A program made the position numbers and the translations under genes. A DNA stretch of 63,743 nt, the filler included, from Circinaria calcarea (lineage: Eukaryota), in the NCBI GenBank assembly GCA_051942165.1. It is 15 parts of 15 records of this genome, joined end to end, with 100 filler letters (N's around TTAATTAATTAA, not from the genome) between each part and the next. Parts side by side here need not be neighbours in the genome. Positions count along the whole stretch, not along the records: positions 34,088 to 38,242 come from JAVECS010002438.1; positions 38,343 to 42,495 come from JAVECS010002439.1; positions 42,596 to 46,748 come from JAVECS010002440.1; positions 46,849 to 51,001 come from JAVECS010002441.1; 11 more parts are not named here. One strand, 5' to 3'. Positions 37,409-49,237 of this stretch are shown here, in pieces. Each line of letters opens with the position of its first letter. The stretch's first letter is position 1. Under the pieces are notes generated by a model. It saw nothing but the letters and a program-made list of their open reading frames with translations. It was not told where the DNA came from and ran no database searches.

Positions 37409-38242
37409 CTATGTTGCAATCAGTCGAGGAATATCCTCTGGCTTGACTTCCTTATTCAGGATCCCTAAATAGAATACGTAAGCGTTTCCCAAGCATGTAT
37501 GACTTAGGATAGATATACTCACGGTACACCGCCGTAAAAAGCGGAAACTCCTTTTCCACTCCCCTCTCCTTCAGGAAGCCATATACTTCCCTTGCAGTGC
37601 TCGTCCCCTGCAGCATCTGCCCATTCAGCTCCTCCTTCTCTATCACATCAATGCCTACCCCTTTCTCCACGCTCATCTTCGCACACCTATAGTTTCTCCC
37701 GCCACTACAGCTGGTAATCAAGTCCGCCACCCCCGCACTCTCTTCGGTAAAGGTTCTTGCTTGCACGCTGTTTTCGAAGAACTTCTGTCCAAACTTTACC
37801 ATCTCGAGGAGGCCGACGCGCATGATGGCAGCTTTGGCATTGTCGCCCCAGCCAAGGCCGGATACGAAACCTGCGGCCAAGGCAACGATGTTTTTGAGAG
37901 CACCAGAGAGGGAGACACCTGCGACATCAGAAACGAGGTTGACGTGGAAGTAGGGGCGATCGAAAAGCATTTTCAGGGTACGGTGGTCTAGAGGTGGGAA
38001 ATCAGAGGGTAAGGCGCGGAGTTTTGTTCTTGAGGGACCACCCGATGAGTCGTTGTGTTCGCTGAGTTTTGTGAGATCGAGTTGGGAGGATTTTGGGGTT
38101 CCTTTGGGAGTAGGATTTTGAGAGTCCATTCTTGGTGGGTCATACGCGACGGTCGTTTCCGAGAATTTCTCCTGCGCGACCTCATTGGCGATATTGGCAC
38201 CAGAGAGAGCACCGACATAGATACCTAACTTCGATCCAATGA
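37409..38242 (-). CDS. GPD1: NAD-dependent glycerol-3-phosphate dehydrogenase (5' truncated)
   Basis: [66 protein letters not shown]; intron 37522-37465; last exon [18 protein letters not shown] with TAG at 37411-37409. Confidence 0.95.
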
Positions 38243-38342
38243 NNNNNNNNNNNNNNNNNNNNNNNNNNNNNNNNNNNNNNNNNNNNTTAATTAATTAANN
38301 NNNNNNNNNNNNNNNNNNNNNNNNNNNNNNNNNNNNNNNNNN

Positions 38343-39335
38343 GCATTGACTATTGCTGGCGGGTCGTGGTACGTGGCCGTTGACCTCACCTCGGCCAGCG
38401 ACCTTACCGCCATTTACAACTGCTCTGCCTTTTTTGCCTATGCTTTTAGTATCCCTCTACTACGAGACAAGATACGCTTCGACAAGGTCTTCTCCGTTGT
38501 AGTAGCTATCGCTGGTGTGCTTATCGTTGCCTATGGAGACAGCGCTCCTACCAAACACGGAGGTAAATCTGGTGGATCGGTGGGAGGCGACCCATACCCT
38601 GATGGTAAAGTGGCGCGGAATAAAACGGCAGGAAACATTATCATAGGGATAGGGAGTGTTCTATACGGGTTATACGAGGTACTGTACAAGAAGCTAGCCT
38701 GCCCACCGGAAGGCACAAGCCCTGGACGTGGCATGACATTTGCAATGACATTCGGAAGCCTCATCGGTTGTTTTACTCTCTTCGTGCTCTGGATTCCTCT
38801 GCCGATACTGCACATTATGAAGTGGGAGGTATTTGAATTGCCACGCGGTGAGGCGGCCTGGATGCTGCTGATTTCCGTCCTAGCCAACGCCAGTAGGTTA
38901 TGCCTCCCTGTGGAGGTTGTACGTCAACAAAAGGCTTACCGATGTGCCTTAGCTTTCTCGGGATGTTTCTTGGTTCTGATCTCACTTACATCGCCTGTAC
39001 TATCCTCCGTGGCAGCTTTGTACGCGTTCCCAACGAACTTTTCTTGGGGCTCGCCGTGACTGACGGGAGACCAGACTTACAATCTTTCTCGTCGCCATTG
39101 TCGATTGGGCTCTTCCCAACGGTAAAGCCTTATCTCCAGCTGCGCTGGGAGGTGGCCTTCTCATCATCGCGGCCTTTTTGCTTTTGAGCTGGAGTACATA
39201 TAAAGAGTTGAGTGAAGAGCGGAGAAAGAGGTAAATGAATGATACCAAGAGTATCCCTGTCCCCCCTCCTTGGATAGTTTGCTAATCACTCGCAGACTTG
39301 AAGACGACCCGTTAGAGTCGGATAGCGACGAGTAG
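38343..39335 (+). CDS. EamA/DMT (SLC35F-like) transporter (5' truncated)
   Basis: SWYVAVDLTSASDLTAIYNCSAFFAYAFSIPLL, GNIIIGIGSVLYGLYEVLYK, LISLTSPVLSSVAAL; three short introns; acidic tail ending in TAG at 39333-39335. Confidence 0.85.
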
Positions 39336-40207
39336 ATGGGATGGTTTTGGGTTTTGGCAACATGAACCTTGAACATGAAAACCAGTCATGGTTTTATTGA
39401 ATCCGATCATACTGTTTCGGCGTTTTTATGCCTCTACAGTGATTCCCCAACATGCAAGCGTCGGGGCGAACCAGGTCCCTGATTTTATTATAGAAGAAGA
39501 AGAAGAAGCCGGGAGGGGGGTTTTGGTTTTATAGAATATAGCTAATTGCAACAATCAACTAACTCCAGCGGAGTTTATCACTGCAATCCGCCAAAATTTG
39601 TTTCAGGTCCCTTTTTTTTGGGGGGATTTTTCCAGTCTATCAAATCTATGAGCAAACTGTCAAAAAAAGCAAAGAGGGGCCTCAATACCTCAAAGAGGTA
39701 GGTAGAGCGAGTAGTTGGGCAATCGATCATCTAACCGACTGACCGACGCCCCATGCAATAACCGCCCATCCAAGGCAGAGCTCATTCCATGTTCCGGAGC
39801 CGCCAGGGGGGACGGGGGGAAAGGGCATAAAGAGAAAAGAGCAAATATGTACTCGGCGTGCAGAACCGAGGATGACCTTTCCCCCCCCTAAAAAAAATAT
39901 ACAAGGGAAGTGAACGTGGGACCAAATAGTGCGGGGGATCCTTTCAGTGATGCAAGATAAAAATGGCAAATAGGGTATTTATTGTAGGCCCCCGCATTGT
40001 CCTTGGTGATTGCCCCAGATGTAACGCCATAACAATGCTCAAAAGAGTTCCGCCCAAAACAAAAAAACGGGAGGGGGGGTATCATGATCGGCCGTGTTTC
40101 ATGTAATGTACCCTTGAAAACCCATCTTTCCAGATTTTTTTGCCTTCGAACCATCCGTCCATGTTTCTTTCGTCCAACGGTAACCCGTTTGTGGTTTGAT
40201 TCATCAA

Positions 40208-41374
40208 TCAACATCGTCCTCCAGCCGGGCTAATAGCCGGTGAGCTCCTTCCCGAATGTAACCCGGATATCCTATCATGCTCCTCGCGGATGAGCTTGTC
40301 CACCAACTCCTTATCTCCGAACGCCGACTGTGACCTCTCCAGGCCGGCCAACATATAATCATCAGTATCCCCCAACGTCAAGGGCGTCGCAGGTCCTGTT
40401 CCGGGACTCCCGCAGGGCAGTAACAACGGGGTCTTGGGTTTTTTGGGCTTGGCTGGAATGGGTGCAACGATGCTGGACATGCGCGTGGCGTTTGCAATGA
40501 TTTCGCGTTGGTACTGGTGGACTTTCTGCTGAGCGTCGGAGAACTGGCGGTGAGACAGTTGCGGTGAGCGCGGAGGACGGTCATATGAAGCTTGTCGGGC
40601 CCTGTTTGGACTGTTGATTGAACTGGAGTTGGGTGACTGATATTTTGCCGGATGGAAGCGGGGTAGGGTTGGTATATGAAGACTGTGCGCCGGAGCCCGC
40701 TGGGAGTCGCATTGGGAAGAGGAAGAGAAGGGAGCGGTCGACATGGTGGGGGAGAGAGGCGAGGATGGATTGTATGGATGAGTGCTCATGGTCGCAGCGG
40801 ACCTCGAGATATACTGTTTCCGAGACGGACTGAGATTCAGGTTGGAACTGCGGTCGGGTGGGGCCCGGTGATGTTGGTAAGTGGGGCGTAAGGACTGACT
40901 AATCTGGGGCCTCTTGGGGGTGATGTCATCAAAAGGGAACCAATATCCGCTTCTCTCGTCCCGAGCGGTCAGAGGGGTCGTCGGTCTCGAGAGGTTATCT
41001 TTGGGACGAGCGGGAATGGCAATGGGCGTACTGCGCTCCAGAAGAATGCCCGGAGCGACGTCCGCAGAGATTCGGACGTGGCCCTGCTGCTCATGACGAC
41101 GGGGGTCCACGTCAAATAATGCCGGGCGCACTACGTCTATTTGCGGTAATGGGTCGTGGGTCCCTGATCGTCGCTCAGCGAGACTTATCTTCCTTGGGCG
41201 AAGGGCACTGCCGCTGGCGGGTGTGGCTGATGGTTGAGCACTCTCCGGCAAAGCTTCTGTTGGTGGACGAGGGACTCGCGATGGGACTGCTTCGGAAGAG
41301 AGGACCGCCGCTGGACCGTCTTTGGTCCTGTCAAGACCGGCAGCGACTAAGGAAACAGGAGGACAAGAGGCCAT
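40208..41374 (-). CDS. Ser/Pro-rich hypothetical fungal protein
   Basis: 388-aa ORF with ordered-looking islands LPRFHPAKY, HRQFSDAQQKVHQYQREII and GSPG..TPLTL..DDYM.AG; start codon uncertain. Confidence 0.65.
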   Translation of the reverse strand: MASCPPVSLVAAGLDRTKDGPAAVLSSEAVPSRVPRPPTEALPESAQPSATPASGSALRPRKISLAERRSGTHDPLPQIDVVRPALFDVDPRRHEQQGHVRISADVAPGILLERSTPIAIPARPKDNLSRPTTPLTARDERSGYWFPFDDITPKRPQISQSLRPTYQHHRAPPDRSSNLNLSPSRKQYISRSAATMSTHPYNPSSPLSPTMSTAPFSSSSQCDSQRAPAHSLHIPTLPRFHPAKYQSPNSSSINSPNRARQASYDRPPRSPQLSHRQFSDAQQKVHQYQREIIANATRMSSIVAPIPAKPKKPKTPLLLPCGSPGTGPATPLTLGDTDDYMLAGLERSQSAFGDKELVDKLIREEHDRISGLHSGRSSPAISPAGGRC

Positions 41375-42088
41375 GACTAATTATGATCTCTGTCACCCAA
41401 TCTCCCTGTTCCCATGGACCGCTAACGGCGGGAGCCTTGTGATTTAGTTGCCCTCCCTCGCAGTAGTGAGTAAGCCCAGTGAGACGACGCGGGCGGGAGA
41501 CTGGTGCTTGGGGGTTGTTGATGACACTAGGCTCTTCTGATTTGCATCCAGCCCAGCAGATTCCTCTCTCATACAACGTTGCTCACAGACTTAGCCATTT
41601 GATTGGGAGTTATGTTCGATCTCAGCGCTCGGGTTATCGCAGCGGTTGAGTTGTCCGCTTGTCTGGTACCACTGGCCCTAGAGAAGCTGTTCCAAATCTT
41701 AATGGGTAGGTAGGTGGAGGTAGAGTGAATGAGGGGAAGAGCCAAGTCGAGCAGAGCGGAGAAGAGAGCGAGGGAATTTGCATGTGATTAATCATTAGGG
41801 GGGGTGTGTGAATCAGACGTCCAAGTCATTTGTACGGATGACATCGTGACTTCCCGATTGCCTCTAGCAAACATGCGTGTTTTCATGGTAAATTACGTTC
41901 AGATGGGTATGCTGTCACCGGGCAAGTGTCCGCAGGTGTGTTGGATCACAGTTTGCAATCCCACGATTACGTAATGGCCATTCCGCCTTGAAGCAACTAA
42001 TCAAATGGCCGACCGTTTGAGGAGACTCAAATGTAAGAAAGACGTGCCCGGCTTTGGTTGCCATGAGTCTGTCAAATATACAAAATTA

Positions 42089-42495
42089 TCAAGGCTTTTC
42101 GGCTTTCCCTGCAAGCCGTTTCGCCCTCATCCAGACCTCCCCTACCGGATCTCCTTCTTCCTTCAATACATCCCATTGCCCTGTGCCATGGTGAGGTTTG
42201 GCTGTTCGAATACCTCGTCCTCCCCCGCCTAAAATTAAATTTCCAGGCCGATAGTCCGGATTCGTATTCATCCGCTTTAAGGCTGATGTGTGGATCCAGG
42301 CCCCCTCGGGTATGTCGCGTACTTCCCCTTTCGGCAATGGCCATGATATAGACGCCCAGGAACCATCAGGCCTAAGATCCATGCGTCGGAACGGAAGGTA
42401 CTCCATCATCTTCCATGAGAGGACGGAACTGTGCGGTAGGCCGTTGTTGAAAATGAGACAATCGTGGATCTTCCCTTGAGTGGCTGCACTATGCA
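42089..42495 (-). CDS. DUF2235 (alpha/beta-hydrolase-like) protein, C-terminal part
   Basis: GKIHDCLIFNNG..SVLSWKMMEYLPFRRMDL..WPLPKGEVRDIP..WIHTSALKRM..YRPGNLI; frame open to the contig edge. Confidence 0.78.
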
Positions 42496-42595
42496 NNNNN
42501 NNNNNNNNNNNNNNNNNNNNNNNNNNNNNNNNNNNNNNNTTAATTAATTAANNNNNNNNNNNNNNNNNNNNNNNNNNNNNNNNNNNNNNNNNNNN

Positions 42596-42987
42596 TCAAA
42601 CATGGCAGGAGCCAAGCCATCGGGACGGGCCAACGCAGTCAGCTCCGTCAAGGAGACTTTGACAGCTTTTGGCATTTCTGCAAAGTATTTCAATAGGCTG
42701 ACGGCTAGGCCTCGGCATATCTCGTCCCCTTTTCTATCCGCTGGTAGATGATTGACAGCAGCGTAGAGAGGCGAGGCAGGAGAGATTGTTAGACGGGGAA
42801 ATGATTGGAAGCCAGCAAGTGAGTAAACATGTGCTTGAATACGAGAGCTGTTTAGCGTTGAGTTCGTAGTCGTGGAAGGTCCGTAGAAGACGAGAACGGG
42901 GAGGTTCGCCAAGAGAGGGTCCCTGGTGTAGTAGAGCGATAAGACTCCAGCCTCCAGCAAGGCTGGAGCAGGGGATACTACCACCAT
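42596..42987 (-). CDS. BUD3: Bud3-like Rho GEF, N-terminal part
   Basis: DPLLANLPVLVFYGPSTTTNSTLNSSRIQAHVYSLAGFQSFPRLTISPASPLYAAVNHLP..GDEICRGLAVSLLKYFAE resembles the conserved N-terminus of Pezizomycotina Bud3; the DH domain would lie beyond the contig edge. Confidence 0.72.
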
Positions 42988-43335
42988 TGCGGTTGAGCCA
43001 ATTGTTAAGGAGTGTGTAGAAACCAGAAGTTGACACGTTTGATCTTCTGCGATGTCCTGACCAGTAGATTATGCCGTTGAGTGCATCATGGATTGGCAGC
43101 AGTGGAGCATCACAGGACGCTTTAATTCGTACCGCTGTGTCCAACCCTGGGTACAGTCAACCGCTCAAATGAGGGAAAGTGGGAAAATGTCAAGTGCAGT
43201 CAGAAACTGAAATGGGGCGCCTCAACGATTGAACTGCTTTCTCTCTGCCATTGGACCATGTCAAGGAAAGTTGAAACCGGAGTTTGGTTCAAGCCACGGC
43301 CACGAACATGGCCTCAACCTCGAAAGATCGACAAA

Positions 43336-43347
43336 CACGAAACGCGT
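43336..43347. promoter_or_regulatory. Overlapping SCB-like (CACGAAA) and MCB (ACGCGT) cell-cycle boxes in the BUD3/DCC1 divergent promoter
   Basis: CACGAAACGCGT lies near the middle of the about 690-bp intergenic region. Confidence 0.45.
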
Positions 43348-43679
43348 GTTCCCCCGTCACGCTAGAGGCTTAATCGATAAAGTAGAGCCAGCGCTAATAA
43401 CTTTAAATCAGCCTTGCCGGCTCAATACTTTCTGCGCGGCCGACTACGGAGCACTTTTCGGGGGGGTGGCCCGTGAGGGAGGGCGCTGGTAGCCACAACA
43501 CAAACCTGATCTACCTGAAGTCAATACCTTAAAGGCTACTATTGTCCACAGCACGTTGTACAAGTAACAAAGATCCTCCTAGTACTAGTATATCGCATAA
43601 GAGCCTCACTTCAATCTCGTTGACTACTGGTCATCCCGTTTCTTTGAAAGAATCATCCTGGTTAGCTAGTTCGAATGGA

Positions 43680-44911
43680 ATGTCTTCTCAGGATGAGTCT
43701 GGAATTCCTTTTAGCATCAGTCATGAACAGGAGAACTTTCGTTTGTTGGAACTTCCACCGGCACTTTTGGAGCTGGTGACCTCAAACGATCCTCCCATGT
43801 AGCAAACCTCCCGAGCGTTGAAAAATATCTGATGCTAACCTATTGGAGAGCCTGTATCTAAAATCCGCTGTTTCTAGCCCCCCGATAACTGGGATTGCTG
43901 TACCTAATGCGGTCCTTTGCACCAATGACGCGACCTTCGAAGTCCGTCAGATTCAATCCTCTAATTCTCTATACATCCTTCAGCCATCCCACGGAATTCC
44001 TCGAGATGGGAATGATGTTAGCCATCTCCGCGGTCCTGCTGGCATTTCAGCGATAGCCCAGTGCAAGGCAATACTCGAGGTCGTTCACACATCCGCATCT
44101 CCATTACCATATCTGAAGCAGCGGTTACCCCAGTATCTAACATCGCAGTCTAAGAACCCCAGTAGCAGTGTAGCCTCAGAAGCTAGACCGGCTACTCTAC
44201 AGGCGTTGCTCGAGGACCTACCGTTCAGCAAAGGAGAGCTCGAGAATGGACTAATCAAACTATGTGCAGTTGAGATTAACGATCAGATGTCCCTCCCTTC
44301 GGCACTTACTTTACTACTCGTGTGGAAGTCTTTCATTTCAGCGGCTAACATCAAAGGGACGAATATAAAGAGCAGCTTTCCCATAAGTGAAGTGTCCACT
44401 TTGGTCGAGGAGGATGGATTCCCGGAAGCTCTACTAGTCGCCATACTTCGAAAGCTGGCTTCTGGATGGGATGCTTCTAAGCCTGGCTGTAAGTCACTCT
44501 GTAAGTTACTGAAACTTTCTTGGATTGTTAATTCCTTCATGGATAGGGGTAACACTAGATCGAGATAAATGTGTGCAATGGGTTGGGACTACGCTCCTAG
44601 AAGGGTACTACGGATCAACTGGTGTGGCCGTCTCGTCTTTCATGATCCAGTGGCAAGACCTATTGCATGAGTCGTGGAGAGAGCTTGCCGTTGTAGAAGT
44701 TCTTGGGGTACGCCCTTATTTATCCAGATTTCTGCGCATGACTAATTCACGATGCTTCAATTAGGGGGATGTAACACAGAGAGGTGAAGATATAGTTGCG
44801 ATCCATGGTGGCCCGGACGAGAAGATGAAAGCAAATGACGCAACACCGGTTGGCAGCGTCCCAAAGGGCCCAAACCGATGGCATGATAGGTTTAAACATT
44901 CTAGATCATAA
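43680..44911 (+). CDS. DCC1: Sister chromatid cohesion protein Dcc1 (Ctf18-RFC subunit)
   Basis: MSSQDE..FRLLELPPALLELV, AVLCTNDATFEVRQIQSSNSL, C-terminal RWHDRFK..*; three short introns; TAA at 44909-44911. Confidence 0.88.
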
Positions 44912-45843
44912 GGCCTCGATATTTTACCCTAATATGTGCCAGCAGCACTATGTCTCTGAAGTTTGATTGTACCAGCAAAGAAGTGCTAAGAGAAACGTCC
45001 TTGGTCATGACCGCTGTTGCCACTGTCGCGGAATATCATACTTGCGCGTGGCGTAGACAGGGACGCCTTTTCAGGATACAGATTCCGCCAAGCCGTGTAT
45101 CTCGGGTAAGGATTCCATGATGTAGCACAGAAGACGCTGTAGAGACGCTTCCTGTCAGATCGTAGTGGGAAAATATAACAACAATATACATATCTCAAGA
45201 GAAATTGTAGAATTGGAGCTTAAACAATCATTCTTCTGCTTGTATTTACTGTATTCTGTCACTCTGATTTGGGCTTGACGTAGTTGGGCGGATTAACTAT
45301 TACATTTGTCCACTAGCGTGATCAGGTACCATACTTGGGTCAATAAACGCCCTTAGCGCGTTGGGCCGTTCCCTCTACCTTTAATTTATCAAATCTGATT
45401 TCTCTGCAATGCCGCGTTCCACACAATCAGCTCCCAACGCAGGCGAGGGTAAGGTGAGGTGGATGTATGATTTCTTTGTCACGAGGTAATATGAATCTGA
45501 ATCTGTACTGTCTTCAGCACCCGCAGATGCAGATTCACTCTTCAATGCAGTGGACTGCGGAACCTTTTGTGTATTCCTTTCACTGTTCTTCAATCAATTG
45601 TCAACCTATCCACCACCAAGACTATTTAAATCATCCAAGAGCTTAGCTGATCAATGTCTGTTTCCCTTCACCACAGATTGACTCTACCCTCAGGAAACTC
45701 TACATCGTCGCACCCAAGTTATTCGTGGGAAGTACGATCACCGGCCACAGCCAAATACCTACAAAGCTACCTATCTACCTACCTGCCTGCCTGCCTTCAA
45801 CCTAGTAGTTCAAATTTAGGATATTGCAGCAGCAAAATCCATA

Positions 45844-46748
45844 ATGCCCTCCTTCCGATGCAACGGTCAAGAGTGGGAACTCCCCAACCTATCTCCCGAG
45901 ACGCTTCTCAAGATCCGCCCCGCCGTGTTCATCTCGCACTTCTTCGCGATCGAGTCAAACAAGCGGAAGCCTGCGTCTAGCAGCAACAAACACTTCTTGA
46001 CAGAGGCCTTTAAGATGCTGTTAGCAAACAAGCTGGGTTTCGCGCAAGGTCATGATGAGGAACAGAGGGTCTTGCAGAGGTGGAAAGATGATGATTATTG
46101 GTCTGTTGGCCATGGGGAAATTGGTGATCCTTTTTCAACAAGGATAAATCCGAGGGTAAATCCCAATACTTATGCGGCTCCAAATGGGTAGGTGACTTCG
46201 CTGCTGTTATGCCGTAGGCATAGGCTTGCCATGACACAGAGATATGCTCTCTATCAAGCAGAGCTTAGTGGTGCTTCACGGTATCATTCTTCTTTGTGTG
46301 AAATTCCCGTTATCCTCGATAATCACCCCAATTCCGAATTCTGTCAAGCCATCTCAAGCTTCTGTGACGCTTCTCACAGAAGCTTACTGGATTCTTTGTC
46401 AGCGCTTCTGAATATAAGGGACTAACTTGTACAGGACCTCCACTAGTCAACATGGTTACACCACCCCACAGCCTGACAAGTTGTTCGAATGCTATTTTTG
46501 GAGTCGAGATGGTTACTGCAAATTTTCTGATGCTGACTGCAAGTACGCCCATTACCGCACTGGCCTGCAGAAAGATAATCCAGAACTACATGAGATAGGA
46601 AGGAAGTCTCAGCCAATCAAGTATGCGAATGGGCCCTCGTCGAAGAAGACTGAGTGCTTCTTCTGGAGCCAAGGGTCGTGTAAGTTCTCTGACGAAGAAT
46701 GCAAGTTCGCTCATTATCCAATTTACGATGACTACGACGATCCAAGAG
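45844..46748 (+). CDS. Tandem CCCH zinc-finger protein (3' truncated)
   Basis: Exon from 45844 ends at a GTAGGT donor near 46188; the exon after CTAAC..CAG near 46435 encodes CYFWSRDGYCKFSDADCKYAH and CFFWSQGSCKFSDEECKFAH. Confidence 0.75.
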
Positions 46749-47025
46749 NNNNNNNNNNNNNNNNNNNNNNNNNNNNNNNNNNNNNNNNNNNNTTAATTAA
46801 TTAANNNNNNNNNNNNNNNNNNNNNNNNNNNNNNNNNNNNNNNNNNNNGAGATATGGTTTGAGGGTGGGGAAGGGGAGATTGGGAGGAGGAGGAGGAGAC
46901 GCAGTGCGGAATGGGAGATTCTGGCTTTGCTTTCCTGAGTTAGGGGTCCCACTATTCGATTCAGTATTATTAAAAGACCGAATGTAGGAGAATGGGTTGG
47001 GACGGGGGAAGAAGCAGGCTTGCAG

Positions 47026-47213
47026 GACTGGATAGCCGTTCAGGTTTGCAAGACATCCCAAACCGAAAACCAGTAACTAACAAATACTGCCTGACGACCA
47101 TGAGGGATCGTCAATCATTCGAACTGATAGCCGTTCAGTTTACAAGACATCTCCAGACTAGATACCAGTGACCAACAAATACCGCTCGGCGGCTATGAAT
47201 AATCGTCCACCAT
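47026..47213. repeat. Diverged tandem duplication, about 95-bp period, 2 copies
   Basis: GATAGCCGTTCAG..CAAGACATC..ACCAGT.AC.AACAAATAC..ATCGTC recurs at 47031 and 47126. Confidence 0.75.
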
Positions 47214-49126
47214 GGGGACCAGGCAAATCCAGGCATTAAAGCAAGACTTAAGTGCAGAGGCGAGTAACCAGACATTTCAAAAGTCTGGGAAAATGCTGAG
47301 ATCCCGCAACAGAGCCTTTGAAAATTAACCTATCAAGGATGGAGGATGACGAAAAGCACAATGTGCGGACTACGATGACACACAAAATCAAATTAGCAAC
47401 AAAAATGATAGGATAGAGTAGCGTAGAGCAAGTGTTTTCATAGGACACTTCGTAACCGGCTCCTGTAAAGAGATTTTGATGAAATAACGCAAGTCGAAGT
47501 CTGTTTGCCTAGAAATCTGCTTATGCTGAGTATGAAGTGGGTGTCTTCAAAGCCAGAAACAGCGCATTTTCTATACCTTGAGGGTGCAGTGGACGCCCTG
47601 TTATTCCTTGGGCATTGCATTGGCCGAAATCGTGGAATTCTCCAAGGGTTGATCGGACCCTGTGGAAGACGAAAGGCAGCTCCCCACGAATGCGTGGGGC
47701 TTCTCCACCTCCACCAGACGCCGTATGATGATGCTGCCACTTCTCAGCTGATGTGACCTGGACCGCCTTGATTAAGCAACAGGCACGAGAGGTGTACGGA
47801 TGGGCCCATTCGAAACCGCCTTGCTTCGACATGAGTTTCTCGGGTCGCAGAGAGGGCTTCTTTTTCTCCTCTTTTCTCGAGGACCTCAGGGTAGATCCTG
47901 CATGTACGAGTTCAACCATAGTGACCTTGCATCTGCGAATAGATACTAAGCGGACGGAGGATTTCTCATGCCGTTCGCCGGTTTAGCTCCGAGTAACCCG
48001 GCGAGTATGCTCCGTATCCGTAGGCCGATGCAAACACTCTATCTTTCTTCTTTCGTGATCCATTGGTGACACTGCTTCCCGAGACCGGTACTCTCGACGG
48101 CTCTTTGGATGTTAGGGGGGCCCACCCTATCCAGGCCTAGCGGTTTCTTTGGTATTGCGATGAATGAAGACATACTCTGCAGTCTGCACCGGTGATTCAA
48201 GGCTGCGATTTGAACATTGGATTAATAGGTCATGTACCATGCCTGCCTGGCCAACTCTTTCGGTTTCAACATGTCTGGTAGATCTGTTGATCATTGTAAG
48301 CCAAAAGTTCAAGGCGCGTGTGATTAATGCCAATGGGAGCAGAATACTTGTGCCTGAAATTATTATTGTCGAGTCATAAGTTAGGGCAGATACATGCAGT
48401 GCAAGCTGCACAGTAGTGGTTCCATAAAAGCAAAGTTTGCAAGCACCCCTTGAATTGGAGCACAGCGGCAAGGACCAGTCACGCTCAAATAAGAGAATTC
48501 TAGTTTCGGATGGAGAGTCAAGGGATAAGTTGTATTTAATATACCCTTCATGAACAAGGCACCTAAGAAGGCAATTTAAAACAGGAACGTAGGGAGGTGG
48601 TGGCGCATCATTAATGCACCTACCCGTGTATTATTTACACTCAGAAACGAATATTGCCGTTTCTATTAAATTCAAGACTGGTTACAGCATCGAAAAAAGA
48701 TTTTGAAATAACCTGGTATAGGAGTACGTGCCACAGCCTGTATACTTAGGTACATTCCGCTCGCCCTGGTCGGGCAACCAATCAGGTGAACTCACTTTTT
48801 AGCGAGCTTGAAGCCTTACGGTCTCATCGGCTTTTCGCTTGAAACTCTTCAGTTAACTCCGCCTTTCCACGAGCCTCACTTTCCACCGGAAATGCGGAAG
48901 GTCAAGCATAGAGGTTGCACAATCCATGTGGGCACAGCGTCTTGTCCGTTTTGGTAACCGATCTCCACCATCCACGGAGAGTGAATCCCAATGTCGACAT
49001 CTCGTTTCCCCTTCTTTTCCAAATCAACCTAGTTGTACGCGTGTGATGAGAGCTATACAATCTCAGCCATACAATAACAGGGCAACAAGGGCATTCTTGT
49101 TGTACTGGGATACTGAACAGTAAGGG

Positions 49127-49133
49127 TATAAAA
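49127..49133 (+). promoter_or_regulatory. TATA box of the RfeG-like gene
   Basis: TATAAAA about 110 bp upstream of ATG 49238, followed by a CT-rich tract and a CACAATG start context. Confidence 0.5.
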
Positions 49134-49237
49134 ATGGTACCTTCTTGACCAAGTCCTTCTTCTCGGCATCAACATTACCGGTCTTTCTTTTCCTACCAGT
49201 TCTCGATTGACCCCCAAGTGTCACATTTACCTTCACA

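Noticed and set aside
42089..42495. DUF2235 as a bacterial T6SS-effector-like horizontal transfer
   Set aside because: The family is widespread in fungi and the fragment shows no sign of foreign origin.
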